64,000 nucleotides of DNA from Lachnospiraceae bacterium (GCA_017431345.1 JAFRLH010000055.1:58229-122228), one strand, 5' to 3'; shown: positions 34,182 to 44,663, counted from the stretch's first letter. Notes: generated by a model from the sequence alone, not told the origin. Numbers and translations are program-made.

Positions 34182-34255
34182 GTTTATTCTCTCCTTCTCA
34201 TCGATTTTTTGTTAATTATACTGTCTGTTAATATTACTGCAGACCGGCTGGTTCC

Positions 34256-35059
34256 TCAACCTGTTTTTGACCGAATCCGCTTCCGGAATTCAGCGGGCGT
34301 CATATGATATTCTTCCCGGAATACACGATTGAATGTCCGCTGGCTGCCGAAGCCGGCATCCAGACAGATCTCTGTCACCGGATCCTCCGTATCCTCAAGC
34401 AGATGACGGCTGTACTCCAGGCGGGTGAGATTCAGATACCGGTTGAAGTTCATGTTAAATGACTGCGAGAAAATCCTGGATAAAGCGAACGGATTGACAT
34501 ACAGATCCCTCGCCATGGAATCCAGTGTGACCGGCTCCGTGAAATGCTCCGCAATATAAGACACGGTCCGTTCCACCAGACTGGCTTCTTCTCTCTTTCT
34601 TGGTGTCAGTGCAAGGACAGGGAGGATGCGGCCAAGGAGGATCTGCATATATGCTTCGCGGATAGCCGCTGCGTAAGATCCGGCTTCCTCTCCGGATGTG
34701 AGCACTTTCAGCGCATACCTGATATCCGGATGGACCATATCGGCCCGGATGACCGGAATTTTCGCAACATTTGTCTCCAACACCTGAATAAAACGGCCCA
34801 ACAGAGAGGGATCTGCCAGAATAAACTCCACCTGGCCGCCTTTACCGGTAAACTCCTGATAAAAATGGATCTGGTTCGGGAACACGACGCCCAGATCACC
34901 GGCTTCCAGGTGATACAGCTCCCTGTCGACGCCGAACTCAATCGAACCCTCGCATACATGAACGATTTCCAGCGCAGCATGCAGAGAGGGTGCAACAAAG
35001 CCGGCTCTTCTCTTAAATACTTCAAAGTCCTGATCTTCTTTTTTGTACAGGAGATGCAT
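34256..35059 (-). CDS. AraC family transcriptional regulator (cupin sensor plus HTH)
   Basis: It has an N-terminal cupin-like region. The C-terminus is LARDLYVNPFALSRIFSQ...ICLDAGFGSQRTFNRVFREEY. Confidence 0.85.
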   Translation of the reverse strand: MHLLYKKEDQDFEVFKRRAGFVAPSLHAALEIVHVCEGSIEFGVDRELYHLEAGDLGVVFPNQIHFYQEFTGKGGQVEFILADPSLLGRFIQVLETNVAKIPVIRADMVHPDIRYALKVLTSGEEAGSYAAAIREAYMQILLGRILPVLALTPRKREEASLVERTVSYIAEHFTEPVTLDSMARDLYVNPFALSRIFSQSFNMNFNRYLNLTRLEYSRHLLEDTEDPVTEICLDAGFGSQRTFNRVFREEYHMTPAEFRKRIRSKTG

Positions 35060-35211
35060 GGAAATCCTCCGTAAAGAACAAGCATTGTGTCATGAAAGCG
35101 CTTCGTTCACATGATAGCAAGATTTGGCTATTTTTTCAATGTATTTGACGAGCAAAGACCCGTTTTCGGGAGTATTATTCAGGACGCAAGCGAACAAAGG
35201 AGGTAAGAACG

Positions 35212-35292
35212 ATGAGCGCACTGATGAATACTCTGAAGAGATTTTTTGAGAATTACAAAGAGCACTGCGAAGAAAATCGTATGTTCAGATAA
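35212..35292 (+). CDS. Candidate 26-aa microprotein (MSALMNTLKRFFENYKEHCEENRMFR)
   Basis: It is not in the ORF track because it is too short. AAAGGAGGT lies 7 nt before the ATG, and a terminator follows 33 nt after the stop. It is divergent from the AraC gene. Confidence 0.35.
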   Translation: MSALMNTLKRFFENYKEHCEENRMFR

Positions 35293-35324
35293 ATAACCGT
35301 GTAAGACAGAAACTTATATGCCAC

Positions 35325-35352
35325 AAACGCCCCGGCAGCCGGGGCGTTTTTT
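35325..35352 (+). terminator. Rho-independent terminator
   Basis: AAACGCCCCGGCAGCCGGGGCGTTTTTT. Confidence 0.8.
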
Positions 35353-35367
35353 CGTTTCAGACGCTTG

Positions 35368-35958
35368 TCAGTATTCAAACAGGTAATCTCCGCAGGCATT
35401 GATCACAGCCGTTTCGCCGTACTGTGTCACGCGCGGGATATTCATGCCGTAGTTCATGTGAATGTGCCCATGCACGAAATATTTCGGATGGTACTTGTCC
35501 ATCAATTCCCGGAAGCACTCGAAGCCGCGGTGTGAAAGTGTGTCCGTATCATTGATTCCTCTGGCAGGCGCATGGGTGAGCAGGATATCAAAGCCGCCGT
35601 ATTTCCTGAGCTGCAGCCAGAGCTTTCTTATCCTGTGTTTCATTTCCTGCTCCGTATACATGCACTGACCATCATTATATCTGTAGGAACCGCCCAGGCC
35701 GAGGATCCGGATCCCGTTTACAACAGTGATCCTGTCCTCTGCACTGATACATCCCCCCGCCGGTTCTTTCAGCAGCGCTTCATCATGATTGCCGAGGACG
35801 TAGACCAGCGGCTTACCGGACATTGTCACACAGAAATCCAGATAGCTTCTCTTCAGGTCCCCGCAGGAAAGGATCAGGTCGACGCCGTCAAATTTCCCCG
35901 GGGTGTAATAATTGTAGTAGCGGTCCGACTCGACATCGGAGATCGTGAGTATTTTCAT
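35368..35958 (-). CDS. Metallophosphoesterase (calcineurin-like)
   Basis: MKILTISDVES...LILSCGDL...VLGNHD...THAP...VHGHIH. Start placed at 35958, the track M34. Confidence 0.8.
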   Translation of the reverse strand: MKILTISDVESDRYYNYYTPGKFDGVDLILSCGDLKRSYLDFCVTMSGKPLVYVLGNHDEALLKEPAGGCISAEDRITVVNGIRILGLGGSYRYNDGQCMYTEQEMKHRIRKLWLQLRKYGGFDILLTHAPARGINDTDTLSHRGFECFRELMDKYHPKYFVHGHIHMNYGMNIPRVTQYGETAVINACGDYLFEY

Positions 35959-35983
35959 GCTTTTTCTTTCTTCTCCCCGGTTT

Positions 35984-37930
35984 TCAGTTCTTCTTTCTGG
36001 CCGGACCGACGCCGATCTCCTCGACAAGATCTTTGGACTCATTATCCAGCTGGTCATATTCCGGGATCGTGCCCTTCACATTGACATCGAGCGAATCCAT
36101 TGTAATGATCTCTTCGATCTTGTCCGGGCGGATCTCATCGTCCCACTGCAGACTTCCGTCATCCATAAGCTTCGGTCTGCTGAACGGATTGATCATGCCG
36201 CTCCGGATCCCCTTGCAGAGGATATCCCCCAGGCAGCGCACGCCGAAAGGCAATTTATCCGAAAAACGAAGATCTACCGCACCGGAGGACATGCCCCAGT
36301 AATAATTCAGGGAATGGCTCGTCTTCTTCGATTCTTCCTGGTAGGCTCCGCTGCGGATCGACGTGATCAGCCTGTCGTAGATCACCCCCCAGTTCCAGAT
36401 CGGATGGACAAGCGGACCGCTCTTCTCATCCGTGACATCCACGATACCGAACATATACTCATCGCTGTCGTACCGTTTATCGGAAAAATCGCGGTATGAG
36501 ATCATGGAGATGCCTTTTTCCTTAAGCCTCGCTTCGGCTGCTTCCATGCCGCCAAGAGAAGACCATTCCAGATAGATCTCTGCATCCGGATCCGTGAGCG
36601 TCACACCGCGGGCGAATGCATTGATCTCCGCGATCATCCCGTAAATGGGATATTTGCAGATATAGCCGATCTTTCTGTCACGGGTCAGTGCGCCGGCAAC
36701 AGCGCCGGCAACGTATTTCGCTTCATACGCGCGGGGATAATATGTCCTCACCGACCTGTAGGGCTCATTGAGCGAGCAGACAAGGATATCGACATCCGGA
36801 TGTTCCACCGCCACCCTTGCACACGCGCGGGTACTGCCGCCATCGATGGAAAAAATGACCTTTGCCCCGTCGGCGATGATTTTTTCCAGCTGTGTTTCGA
36901 TGCTTTCGGAATCGTTTTTGACATAGACAGATGTTTCCACATCCGGCCGGATCTTCTCAATATACTGCCGGCCTTCCTCATGGCTTGCATCCCAGGTGGA
37001 GTTTTCCGCTCCCTTTCCATAGAAAAAGGCGGCTTTCAGCGGTTTCTTCGTATTGATCAGCGGGATCTTGTGGAGGATCTTTCCGGTGATGCCCGGTGTC
37101 TCCTGCGGATTCAGCTTCAGTTCGACCTGCCGGTCATCCTTTGCGGAAGCGATCTGGTCCCAGAGCTTCCGGATGGCTGCCTTCAGGTCTGCCGGGGACA
37201 TCTCATACATGTCCTCATATTCGTATAATTTCAGACATTCCAAAAGAGCATCCGCTGCTGTCGTTTTCAGATGTTTTCCGAATTCCGCATCATACGCAAG
37301 GCGGAAACGCTGATAAAGCGCTGTGAAAGCCTTCGCTTCATCTTCGGTCCACGGATCGGAGAACCGCTTCTTCATGATCGTCAAAAGCTCGCTGTAAGCG
37401 CCGGTTCTGGACAGTTCGATGATATCAACACCCGTTCTGTCCCGAAAATCCAGAAGCGCATAGTATTTCTCAACCTCAGGATCTCCGGTCCTGTTCGGGA
37501 TGATCTGCCTGACATAGGCAGGGATCTTGTCCGCGCCGAAAAATTTCAGGACACTGACACGTTTATTGCCTTCCTGCACATAGTAACGGTTCATGTATTC
37601 CGTTACCAGGACAGGATCCCTGATGCCTTCGGTAAGATGCGCTTCGCAGAGGCGGTACCATTTCGCCGCAAATTCCGTCTCCTTGCCGACAACAGGCATG
37701 AAATTCCTGGCAAAGGATCTGGTGCGGCCGGCGGTCTTTGTGCCGATCACCCATTCCTGGGGAATCTCGGTGTAGCCGGCATCCCTGACGGAACAGGTGT
37801 TGTTGTCCGGAATGATCTCGTCCAGGACGGGAAGGTAGGGATATTCGCCTGCGGAGACCGCCTGCTTGAAGCTTCGTTTGCCCTTTTTCAGGGCGTCCTC
37901 GTAGTATTCAAAATAATTTTCCATAGGCAT
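35984..37930 (-). CDS. Signal-less BMP/PnrA-like (periplasmic-binding-protein fold) domain protein with a ~280-aa N-terminal extension
   Basis: 648 aa. The C-terminal half (GAKVIFSIDGGSTRACARV...YEAKYVAGAVAGALT...YPIYGMIAEINAFARG) resembles the basic-membrane-protein family. The N-terminus (YYVQEGNKRVSVLKFFGADKIPAYV) is ParB/Srx-like by eye. No signal peptide or lipobox is present. Confidence 0.55.
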   Translation of the reverse strand: MPMENYFEYYEDALKKGKRSFKQAVSAGEYPYLPVLDEIIPDNNTCSVRDAGYTEIPQEWVIGTKTAGRTRSFARNFMPVVGKETEFAAKWYRLCEAHLTEGIRDPVLVTEYMNRYYVQEGNKRVSVLKFFGADKIPAYVRQIIPNRTGDPEVEKYYALLDFRDRTGVDIIELSRTGAYSELLTIMKKRFSDPWTEDEAKAFTALYQRFRLAYDAEFGKHLKTTAADALLECLKLYEYEDMYEMSPADLKAAIRKLWDQIASAKDDRQVELKLNPQETPGITGKILHKIPLINTKKPLKAAFFYGKGAENSTWDASHEEGRQYIEKIRPDVETSVYVKNDSESIETQLEKIIADGAKVIFSIDGGSTRACARVAVEHPDVDILVCSLNEPYRSVRTYYPRAYEAKYVAGAVAGALTRDRKIGYICKYPIYGMIAEINAFARGVTLTDPDAEIYLEWSSLGGMEAAEARLKEKGISMISYRDFSDKRYDSDEYMFGIVDVTDEKSGPLVHPIWNWGVIYDRLITSIRSGAYQEESKKTSHSLNYYWGMSSGAVDLRFSDKLPFGVRCLGDILCKGIRSGMINPFSRPKLMDDGSLQWDDEIRPDKIEEIITMDSLDVNVKGTIPEYDQLDNESKDLVEEIGVGPARKKN

Positions 37931-37990
37931 AAAAAAGTACCTCTATATTCATTGTCATCCAGAGCTGTTTCAGCAGTAAAGGATCTGTTC

Positions 37991-40177
37991 TCAAATCTTC
38001 ACCAGGTGATACACATAGCTGTGCGCGTCCTCACCCGGCTGCGGCAGCGGCAGTCCCATATCCATCAGCGCGTCTGCTGCACACACCCTGCCGTCTTCTT
38101 CGATCCGGTACATCGCGCCGGGTTCCAGCCCGTCTGCCTTCACATACATTGCCGGCATATTGCCCCGGCTCTCAATGATCACGGCACAGAGCAGCACCTG
38201 GGACTTGTCTTCCGATACATATGCCCACGCACCCATATTATCGGATACCGGATCCGACAGTCTGTAATAGTCCCCGTTCTGAATGAGTGCAGCATCCTTT
38301 CTGTATGCCCCGATCTGCCCGCGGACTGCCTCTTTCTCTTCCTCTGTCATCTTCCCGGGATCCAGTTCATAGCCGAACGTGCCGTTCATGGCCACCGCAG
38401 CACGCGTCTTAAGCGGCGTCACCCTGCCGTTCTGGTGGTTCGGACAGGTGGAAACGTGTGCTCCCACAGCAGAGATCGGATACCCGAACGATGTTCCGTA
38501 CTGGATGATGAGCCTGTCCACGGCATCCGTGTTGTCACTGCACCAGATCTGCGGCGTATAATACAGCATTCCCGCGTCAAATCTTCCGCCGCCGCCGCTG
38601 CAGCCTTCGATCAGGACGTCGGGATAACGTTCATTCAGACGTTCCAGTACACTGTAGAGTCCGATCATGTAATCATACAGCACTTTCCCCTGATCATCAG
38701 AGGTATGAGAGAACACATCCGCAATTGAGCGGTTATAATCCCATTTCAGATATTCGATATTTCCCTGATCCAGCACACCGCAGACTGCTTCATACATCCA
38801 CTCGCGCACTTCCTCTCTCGAGAGATCCAGCACCAGCTGGTTCCGGCCGAGGACCGGCTTCTTCCCGGGGATCACCATCGCCCAGTCCGGATGCGCGCGG
38901 AACAGATCGCTGTTCTCATTGACCATCTCCGGCTCGATCCAGATGCCGAATTTCACCCCTGCCTCATTGACGCGGCGGATCAGTTCTGCCAATGAGCAGC
39001 CCAGCTTCTCTTCATTTGCCGTCCAGTCGCCGAGTGCCAGGAAATCACTGTTCCGTTTCCCGAACCAGCCATCGTCCATGACCAGCAGATCAATGCCGAG
39101 CTCTTTCGCTTCCTTCGCCAGGCGGACAATACCGTCACCGTCAAAATCAAAATAAAATGCTTCCCAGCTGTTGAGCAGGACCGGCCTTACCGCATCCCGG
39201 TATTTCCCTCTGCAGACATGCTTTCTGATGCAGCGGTGCAGGTTATGGGAAAGCTTCGCGAGGCCTTCCCCGCTGTAACTCATGATCACTTCCGGAGAAG
39301 CCAGTTCCTCTCCGGGCTCCAGCGGATAGGAGAATTTTTCCTCTGCCAGGCCCATCTGCATCCGCGTCTGATTATACTGATCCCTCTCGGCTTCCGCCTT
39401 AAAGCCGCCGCTGTAAACGAACTGCATGGACCAGCATTTGCCGGAACGTTCGTCGGCGGTGTGATCTGCCAGGATCATCATGGGATTGTACTGATGGGAG
39501 GACATGCCGCGTCGGCTGCCGATCACGTGGGAACCATGTGTCAGCGCACAGCGTTCCGGCTGCCGTTCCATCGCGTGCCGCCCGCAGAATGTAATGAGAT
39601 CAAAATCACCGAAAGGCAGATCCAGGCAGGCGCTCTGCAGCTTCTCGATCCGGAACGGCTTTTCGCCGCAGTTCGATACGAGCACGCTTCTGGTGATGAT
39701 ATCGAGTTCCGGCAGTACGCCATACAGCAGCGTAATGTGCAGTCCCAGCCTTTTGTCTTCCAAAAATACTTTCAGCGTCTCCGCATGATCATTTTCCGAT
39801 TCCGCATATACCGCCGGAAGTCCCTGCAGGGAATACTTTCCGGGAGTAATCTCATAGCCGGCATAGCGGAGTTCGCAGCCGAAAGCATCATTGGCATCTT
39901 TCACGATCAGCATCGGGCTTCTGTAATCGCCGGTTCCCTGCACCGGGAACTCCTGCGGCAGATAATCCATCGAGTAGCCGCGGATGTCGGCTGCGTCATA
40001 CGGCGAGCCTGACAGTCCTCTGTCGGCTACGGTCAGCAGCCAGTCCATGCAGCCGGCAGCTTTTCTTCCATAATACAGATGCAGCAGATAACCGTACGGA
40101 TCGACCTGCATCTGATAGGTGGTATTTTTTGTATGGATCGTAAAGGTTCTCTTTTGGTTGTCATGGAGTATTGCCAT
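37991..40177 (-). CDS. agaA: Alpha-galactosidase, GH36
   Basis: 728 aa with NSWEAFYFDF...LVMDDGWFGKR...LKWDYNR...IEGCSGGGGRFD. Confidence 0.9.
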   Translation of the reverse strand: MAILHDNQKRTFTIHTKNTTYQMQVDPYGYLLHLYYGRKAAGCMDWLLTVADRGLSGSPYDAADIRGYSMDYLPQEFPVQGTGDYRSPMLIVKDANDAFGCELRYAGYEITPGKYSLQGLPAVYAESENDHAETLKVFLEDKRLGLHITLLYGVLPELDIITRSVLVSNCGEKPFRIEKLQSACLDLPFGDFDLITFCGRHAMERQPERCALTHGSHVIGSRRGMSSHQYNPMMILADHTADERSGKCWSMQFVYSGGFKAEAERDQYNQTRMQMGLAEEKFSYPLEPGEELASPEVIMSYSGEGLAKLSHNLHRCIRKHVCRGKYRDAVRPVLLNSWEAFYFDFDGDGIVRLAKEAKELGIDLLVMDDGWFGKRNSDFLALGDWTANEEKLGCSLAELIRRVNEAGVKFGIWIEPEMVNENSDLFRAHPDWAMVIPGKKPVLGRNQLVLDLSREEVREWMYEAVCGVLDQGNIEYLKWDYNRSIADVFSHTSDDQGKVLYDYMIGLYSVLERLNERYPDVLIEGCSGGGGRFDAGMLYYTPQIWCSDNTDAVDRLIIQYGTSFGYPISAVGAHVSTCPNHQNGRVTPLKTRAAVAMNGTFGYELDPGKMTEEEKEAVRGQIGAYRKDAALIQNGDYYRLSDPVSDNMGAWAYVSEDKSQVLLCAVIIESRGNMPAMYVKADGLEPGAMYRIEEDGRVCAADALMDMGLPLPQPGEDAHSYVYHLVKI

Positions 40178-40650
40178 ATCTGTATCTCCTTCAGGATTTC
40201 AGACTATTCATGAAACGTTTTACATGTGTGCATATTATCATCTTTTTTTCGGAAGTCAAGAGGATATTCCTGCGGATCGGAGGATGATTTTCCGGTTCCC
40301 GGGGACCGCGTGACGGTTCTCCGATCCCCTTACACGCTGCCCCTTTCATCTGCCGCGGAGAGTTGCTTTCCGGGCTCATCTGTCAAGTGGCGGCAGCCGA
40401 AAAGTCGCCCCGTGAACGCTGCACCTGCGTCATCCCCGGCTTCCGCTTATCAATATGTGCACAAAAATACTGTATTCTATATTTTATGGTCCAGGTACAG
40501 TCTTTCACAGTCTGTTTTAATGCTGTCTGCCGCCTGATCCGTGCACCACTGGAGACCTGCATTCAAAAATTACAAAAGTCTGTTCACGAACGAGCGGAGG
40601 ATCCGGGAAACTGCAGCTCCGAAAGAGCCGAAGAATCAGCCTGGGAGAAC

Positions 40651-41535
40651 CTACTCTGCCCCTTCCATCTGCCGCATTTTCTCCCTTACATACCATGCAA
40701 AGGCTTTTACAGCAGGCGATCCGGCGGACAGCGCAGAAACGCCCATTCCCAGATCCACATACTGCGGGGGATCAAGCGGCAGGATTTTCACATCATAATT
40801 CCATATTTGCGTACTCAGTTCGTTCACAAGGAGAACCCCCATATTGCTCTGCACCATAGCGGCAGCGGTAAAGGAATTCCTTGTCGTGGCAAGAATATTC
40901 GGACTGATCCCGTACTTTTCAAAGATCGATTCAATATCCCTGTCTTTTCCGTAGGAGGACTGGATCAGCGGCGCGTTCTCACACTCCCGCAAAGGGAATG
41001 CATCCATCGCAGCATAGGGGCTGTCCTTCGCGACCACGGCCACCATCGGATTACTCCGGAGCGCGAACCATTCTCCTTCAAAATCATGTTGATCCGCAAA
41101 AAAGCCAATATCCGCCCGTCCGTCAACAAGCGCTTCGATCACATATCTGCGGATACTGTCATCGATCTGAATCCTGATCCCCGGATATTTTTCCCTGAAT
41201 CCGCGGATCAGCTCCGGGAGCCAGGCCGCGCAGATGCTCGGGTACGCGGTGATCCGTACCTCTCCGACCAGCACGCCGGAGATCTCGGCAGCCGTTTCAT
41301 AGATTCTCTCCTCCTGAAGGATAAAATTCGCGATCACCGGGCGCAGTCTCTCGCCGTCCGCAGTCAGTTCAACGCCTTTCCGGCTGCGCCGGAAAAGCTT
41401 CACATGCAGCTCCTCTTCAAGTGCGGCGATCAGCTGACTTACAGCCGAAGTGGTGTAGCCAAGCTCTTCCGCAGCGCCTCTGAAGCTGCCATATCTGACT
41501 GCAGCAGCGAACGCCCTGCATCTTGCTGTTTCCAT
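40651..41535 (-). CDS. LysR family transcriptional regulator
   Basis: The HTH is FAAAVRYGSFRGAAEELGYTTSAVSQLIAALEEEL, with a substrate-binding C-terminus. It is divergent from the 41914-45290 operon. Confidence 0.85.
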   Translation of the reverse strand: METARCRAFAAAVRYGSFRGAAEELGYTTSAVSQLIAALEEELHVKLFRRSRKGVELTADGERLRPVIANFILQEERIYETAAEISGVLVGEVRITAYPSICAAWLPELIRGFREKYPGIRIQIDDSIRRYVIEALVDGRADIGFFADQHDFEGEWFALRSNPMVAVVAKDSPYAAMDAFPLRECENAPLIQSSYGKDRDIESIFEKYGISPNILATTRNSFTAAAMVQSNMGVLLVNELSTQIWNYDVKILPLDPPQYVDLGMGVSALSAGSPAVKAFAWYVREKMRQMEGAE

Positions 41536-41913
41536 ATTCCATCTCCCTAATGAAAGATATTGTTTCCTATATTATGAGAGCACTGCCTGAAATGATTCAC
41601 CGTACTGCTTCGTTCTTCCTGCTCTCACAGAGCTTCCTTCATTTGCTGCTCACAGGATTCTTCCCTGCTGCCTGCTCATAAAAGAGCGCCCCAGGGACAA
41701 TAATCTCCTTTTTCACAAGCACAATGCCGATCATTTGATTTCTGTCTGTCGGATCCAATTATATATTAAGTTTTCCTTAATATCAACTTTAAATACATTA
41801 GATTTACTTTTCATTATATTTCGCATATACTTTTCACAGAACAGATCATCACACATTGCAAAAAGGAAGGATCGCAGCGAACATTCCTGCGGATCCTGCG
41901 AAAGGAGCCTGTT

Positions 41914-42567
41914 ATGTCAGTCGCCCAGCTTGGCTTCGCGGAGCCGTTTTTCAGTATCGATTATATAGAAAACGAGAAATCGATGCACATTGCCGAAAAG
42001 AGCATGGTCATTAATCTCGCCGAGCATGAACAAGAGAATATTCTGCTGGACGGCGGACGCGTGATCCTGCCTTTGAAAGCAGCTGTTCTTCAGGATATGA
42101 CTCTGAAGAATCTCACGCGCGCGTTCCTGATCCGTGATTTCGAAAAATGCGATATCACAGATCCCGCAACCGCTGATGCCATCATGCATACCTGGAAATC
42201 CCTTTATGAGATGTCCGGCCTGCCCCGGCACAAAGGTCTTCCTTATTACAAATCCCCCAAATTCTGCATTGGAGAAGGAAACCATCACATAGAGCTGAAT
42301 CTCTGTTTTGTGAGCGAAGGGATGGTTCCCTCCGGCCCGCACCGTGATCACGACCGGGATTTTGACGAGGTCCATGCACAGATCCTCGGCTACGGCATGA
42401 TGCGGATCTATGATTATGACGATAAGGAGCACATTCATCAGGAGCTTAACATGGCTCCCGGAACCGTCCACGATAAAATGTATGATGACAAGGGTGATTA
42501 TCCCTGGCATGAATACAAGAGCGTAACACCGTGTGTATATTGTCCGATCGAACTGGACAGAGGCTGA
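41914..42567 (+). CDS. Cupin-like protein of unknown function (paralog 1)
   Basis: 217 aa. PSGPHRDHDRDFDEVHAQILGYG and PGTVHDKM resemble cupin motifs 1 and 2. It shares EPF, PYYKSP, CxVSE, PSGxHRxHD and GDYPWHxY with 44664-45290. Confidence 0.6.
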   Translation: MSVAQLGFAEPFFSIDYIENEKSMHIAEKSMVINLAEHEQENILLDGGRVILPLKAAVLQDMTLKNLTRAFLIRDFEKCDITDPATADAIMHTWKSLYEMSGLPRHKGLPYYKSPKFCIGEGNHHIELNLCFVSEGMVPSGPHRDHDRDFDEVHAQILGYGMMRIYDYDDKEHIHQELNMAPGTVHDKMYDDKGDYPWHEYKSVTPCVYCPIELDRG

Positions 42568-42588
42568 ATACAGGCAAGGAGAGAAGAA

Positions 42589-43764
42589 ATGGATAAGAAA
42601 CGCATCACAATCGGAACTGTAGGCTACGGATACGGCGCATTTCTGCATGTCAACGGCTATCTGAACGCCGGCGGCATCCCGATCCGTCTGAAGACTGTCT
42701 GCGCCAGAAACGCCGAAAAGGCCGAAGCTTTCCGTGCAAAATATGATTACGAGCAGATCTGTACCAACTATGAAGAACTTGTCGCGGATCCCGAGATCGA
42801 TCTGATCGACCTTTCCGTACCGCCCCGTCTTCACATTCCCTACTGCATCATGGCACTCAAGGCCGGCAAAAGCGTGATCTGTGAAAAACCCATAACCGGA
42901 TATTTCGGAGACGGCAGCGACAATATCGGAAAGACCGTCAAAAAAGCAGATATGTGGGCGGAAATGGACGCGCAGCTGAAAGAACTGAAGGCAGCGATCG
43001 ATGAAAGCGAAGGTCATTTCTTCTATGCCGAGGATTTTGTTTACGCGACGCCCGTACAGAAAGCGGCTGAGATCCTCCGCGCCAAGAAGAGCAAGATCAT
43101 GTTCATGAACGGCATTGAATCCATCATCGGCTCCACCAGCGAAGCTGCAAGCGAATGGAAGAATTTCGGCGGCGGCACCATGATGCGCAACGGCATTCAC
43201 ATTCTTTCGACGATGATGTATCTGAAGCAGGTCGAAGCGGAAGCCAGAGGCGAAGAGATCAAGGTGAAAAGCGTTATGGCGGAAATGGGACAGATCAGCA
43301 AAGTGCCGCTTAAAGAAGGCGAGCGCCAGTACGCACAGGCCCATCCCAATGACGTGGAAGACTGCGCGAATGTGATCCTCACATTCTCCGATGGTTCCAT
43401 GTGCAACATCATCGGCACCGACGCTGTGATCGGCGGTTCGGCGAACCACGTGACAGTCGCCTGCAACGATATGAAATTCCAGATGAATCTGACACAGAAC
43501 GATCTTCTGAAAACTTACTGCTGCAACGATAACGGACTGGACGGCGTATACTGGGGCGAGCTCAACCCGCCGAAGACCGGCTGGAACAATGTCTTTGTAA
43601 GCGATGAAGTCATCAGGGGATATACCGGCGAGATGAAGGCATTTCTGGAAGCCATGGAATACGGAACGACGCCGGAAACATCATTTGAACTGGCTTATGA
43701 GATCATCCGCGTTGTCTATGCCGCCTTCCGTTCCGCGGAAGAAGGCAGAAGGATCGAACTGTAA
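42589..43764 (+). CDS. Gfo/Idh/MocA family oxidoreductase
   Basis: It has the Rossmann N-terminus ITIGTVGYGYGAFLH and VICEKPI. Confidence 0.85.
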   Translation: MDKKRITIGTVGYGYGAFLHVNGYLNAGGIPIRLKTVCARNAEKAEAFRAKYDYEQICTNYEELVADPEIDLIDLSVPPRLHIPYCIMALKAGKSVICEKPITGYFGDGSDNIGKTVKKADMWAEMDAQLKELKAAIDESEGHFFYAEDFVYATPVQKAAEILRAKKSKIMFMNGIESIIGSTSEAASEWKNFGGGTMMRNGIHILSTMMYLKQVEAEARGEEIKVKSVMAEMGQISKVPLKEGERQYAQAHPNDVEDCANVILTFSDGSMCNIIGTDAVIGGSANHVTVACNDMKFQMNLTQNDLLKTYCCNDNGLDGVYWGELNPPKTGWNNVFVSDEVIRGYTGEMKAFLEAMEYGTTPETSFELAYEIIRVVYAAFRSAEEGRRIEL

Positions 43765-43823
43765 CAGATACGGGCCGCACAGCATTATCTGCACCCGGAG
43801 CATCACAGAAGGAGAATACCATC

Positions 43824-44645
43824 ATGGGAATGAAATTCAGCATATGCACAGTAGACCGTCCTCTGGAATCAACCTCTCCTTTTCCGCTCAGAGGCAGCAG
43901 CTATGAAGAATGCGCCGCTGTCGCCGAACTCCTCGGCTATGACGGCATAGAGCTGCAGATCCAGGATCCCTCCAAATACAACGCAAAGGAACTGCGGGCA
44001 AGCCTTGACCGTCACGGGATTGGCTGTTCCGCCGTTACCACCGGCCTTGCCTACCTGTTTGAAGGCATGAGCATGGTGCATCCGGATGAGAAGATCCGCC
44101 TGGCTACCGTGGAGCGCCTTCACAGACAGCTCGATCTGGCAAAGGAACTGGATTCGCAGATCCTGATCGGGTATCTTCGCGGCCGCAAGAGTCCCGGGCA
44201 GACGGACCAGGAATTCGAAGATATCCTGACAGACAGCGTCGCCCGTGTCCTGGAATATGCGGAAGAGATTCAAACGCCCATGGTCATGGAACAGATCAAC
44301 CGCTACGACGGCGATGTATTCTGCTCCACAGACAGGACGATGCGGTTCCTGGAGAAATTCAATTCGGATTTCCTCCTGTACAACGGCGATACCTACCATA
44401 TGCTCACGGAGGACAAAGATGTGCCCGCTGCGATCCGCAGATCACTCAGCAAACTGGTGCTGTTCCATGTATCAGATGAAGGCCGGCTGCTGCCGGACGA
44501 TTCCCATTTCGATTTCCATGAAGCAGCGGCCGTACTGAAGGCGGAAGGGTACGATAAATGGGTAAGCATAGAAGCGAAGCCCGAACCTACGAGTTTTGAA
44601 GCAACGCGCAGGGGGCTGAAGTATCTGCGCAGCGTTTTCGGATAA
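43824..44645 (+). CDS. Sugar phosphate isomerase/epimerase (xylose isomerase-like TIM barrel)
   Basis: 273 aa with GYDGIELQ...MVMEQINRYD...FHVSDE. Confidence 0.8.
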   Translation: MGMKFSICTVDRPLESTSPFPLRGSSYEECAAVAELLGYDGIELQIQDPSKYNAKELRASLDRHGIGCSAVTTGLAYLFEGMSMVHPDEKIRLATVERLHRQLDLAKELDSQILIGYLRGRKSPGQTDQEFEDILTDSVARVLEYAEEIQTPMVMEQINRYDGDVFCSTDRTMRFLEKFNSDFLLYNGDTYHMLTEDKDVPAAIRRSLSKLVLFHVSDEGRLLPDDSHFDFHEAAAVLKAEGYDKWVSIEAKPEPTSFEATRRGLKYLRSVFG

Positions 44646-44663
44646 GAAGGAGGCGTAAACAGC

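Noticed and set aside
37271-38728. 485-aa + strand ORF.
   Set aside because: It runs antisense across the junction of the BMP-like and alpha-galactosidase genes, so it is a GC-rich shadow frame.
41917-43449. 510-aa minus-strand ORF.
   Set aside because: It is antisense to the cupin-like and Gfo/Idh/MocA genes. The plus-strand genes have RBSs, tight spacing and family motifs.
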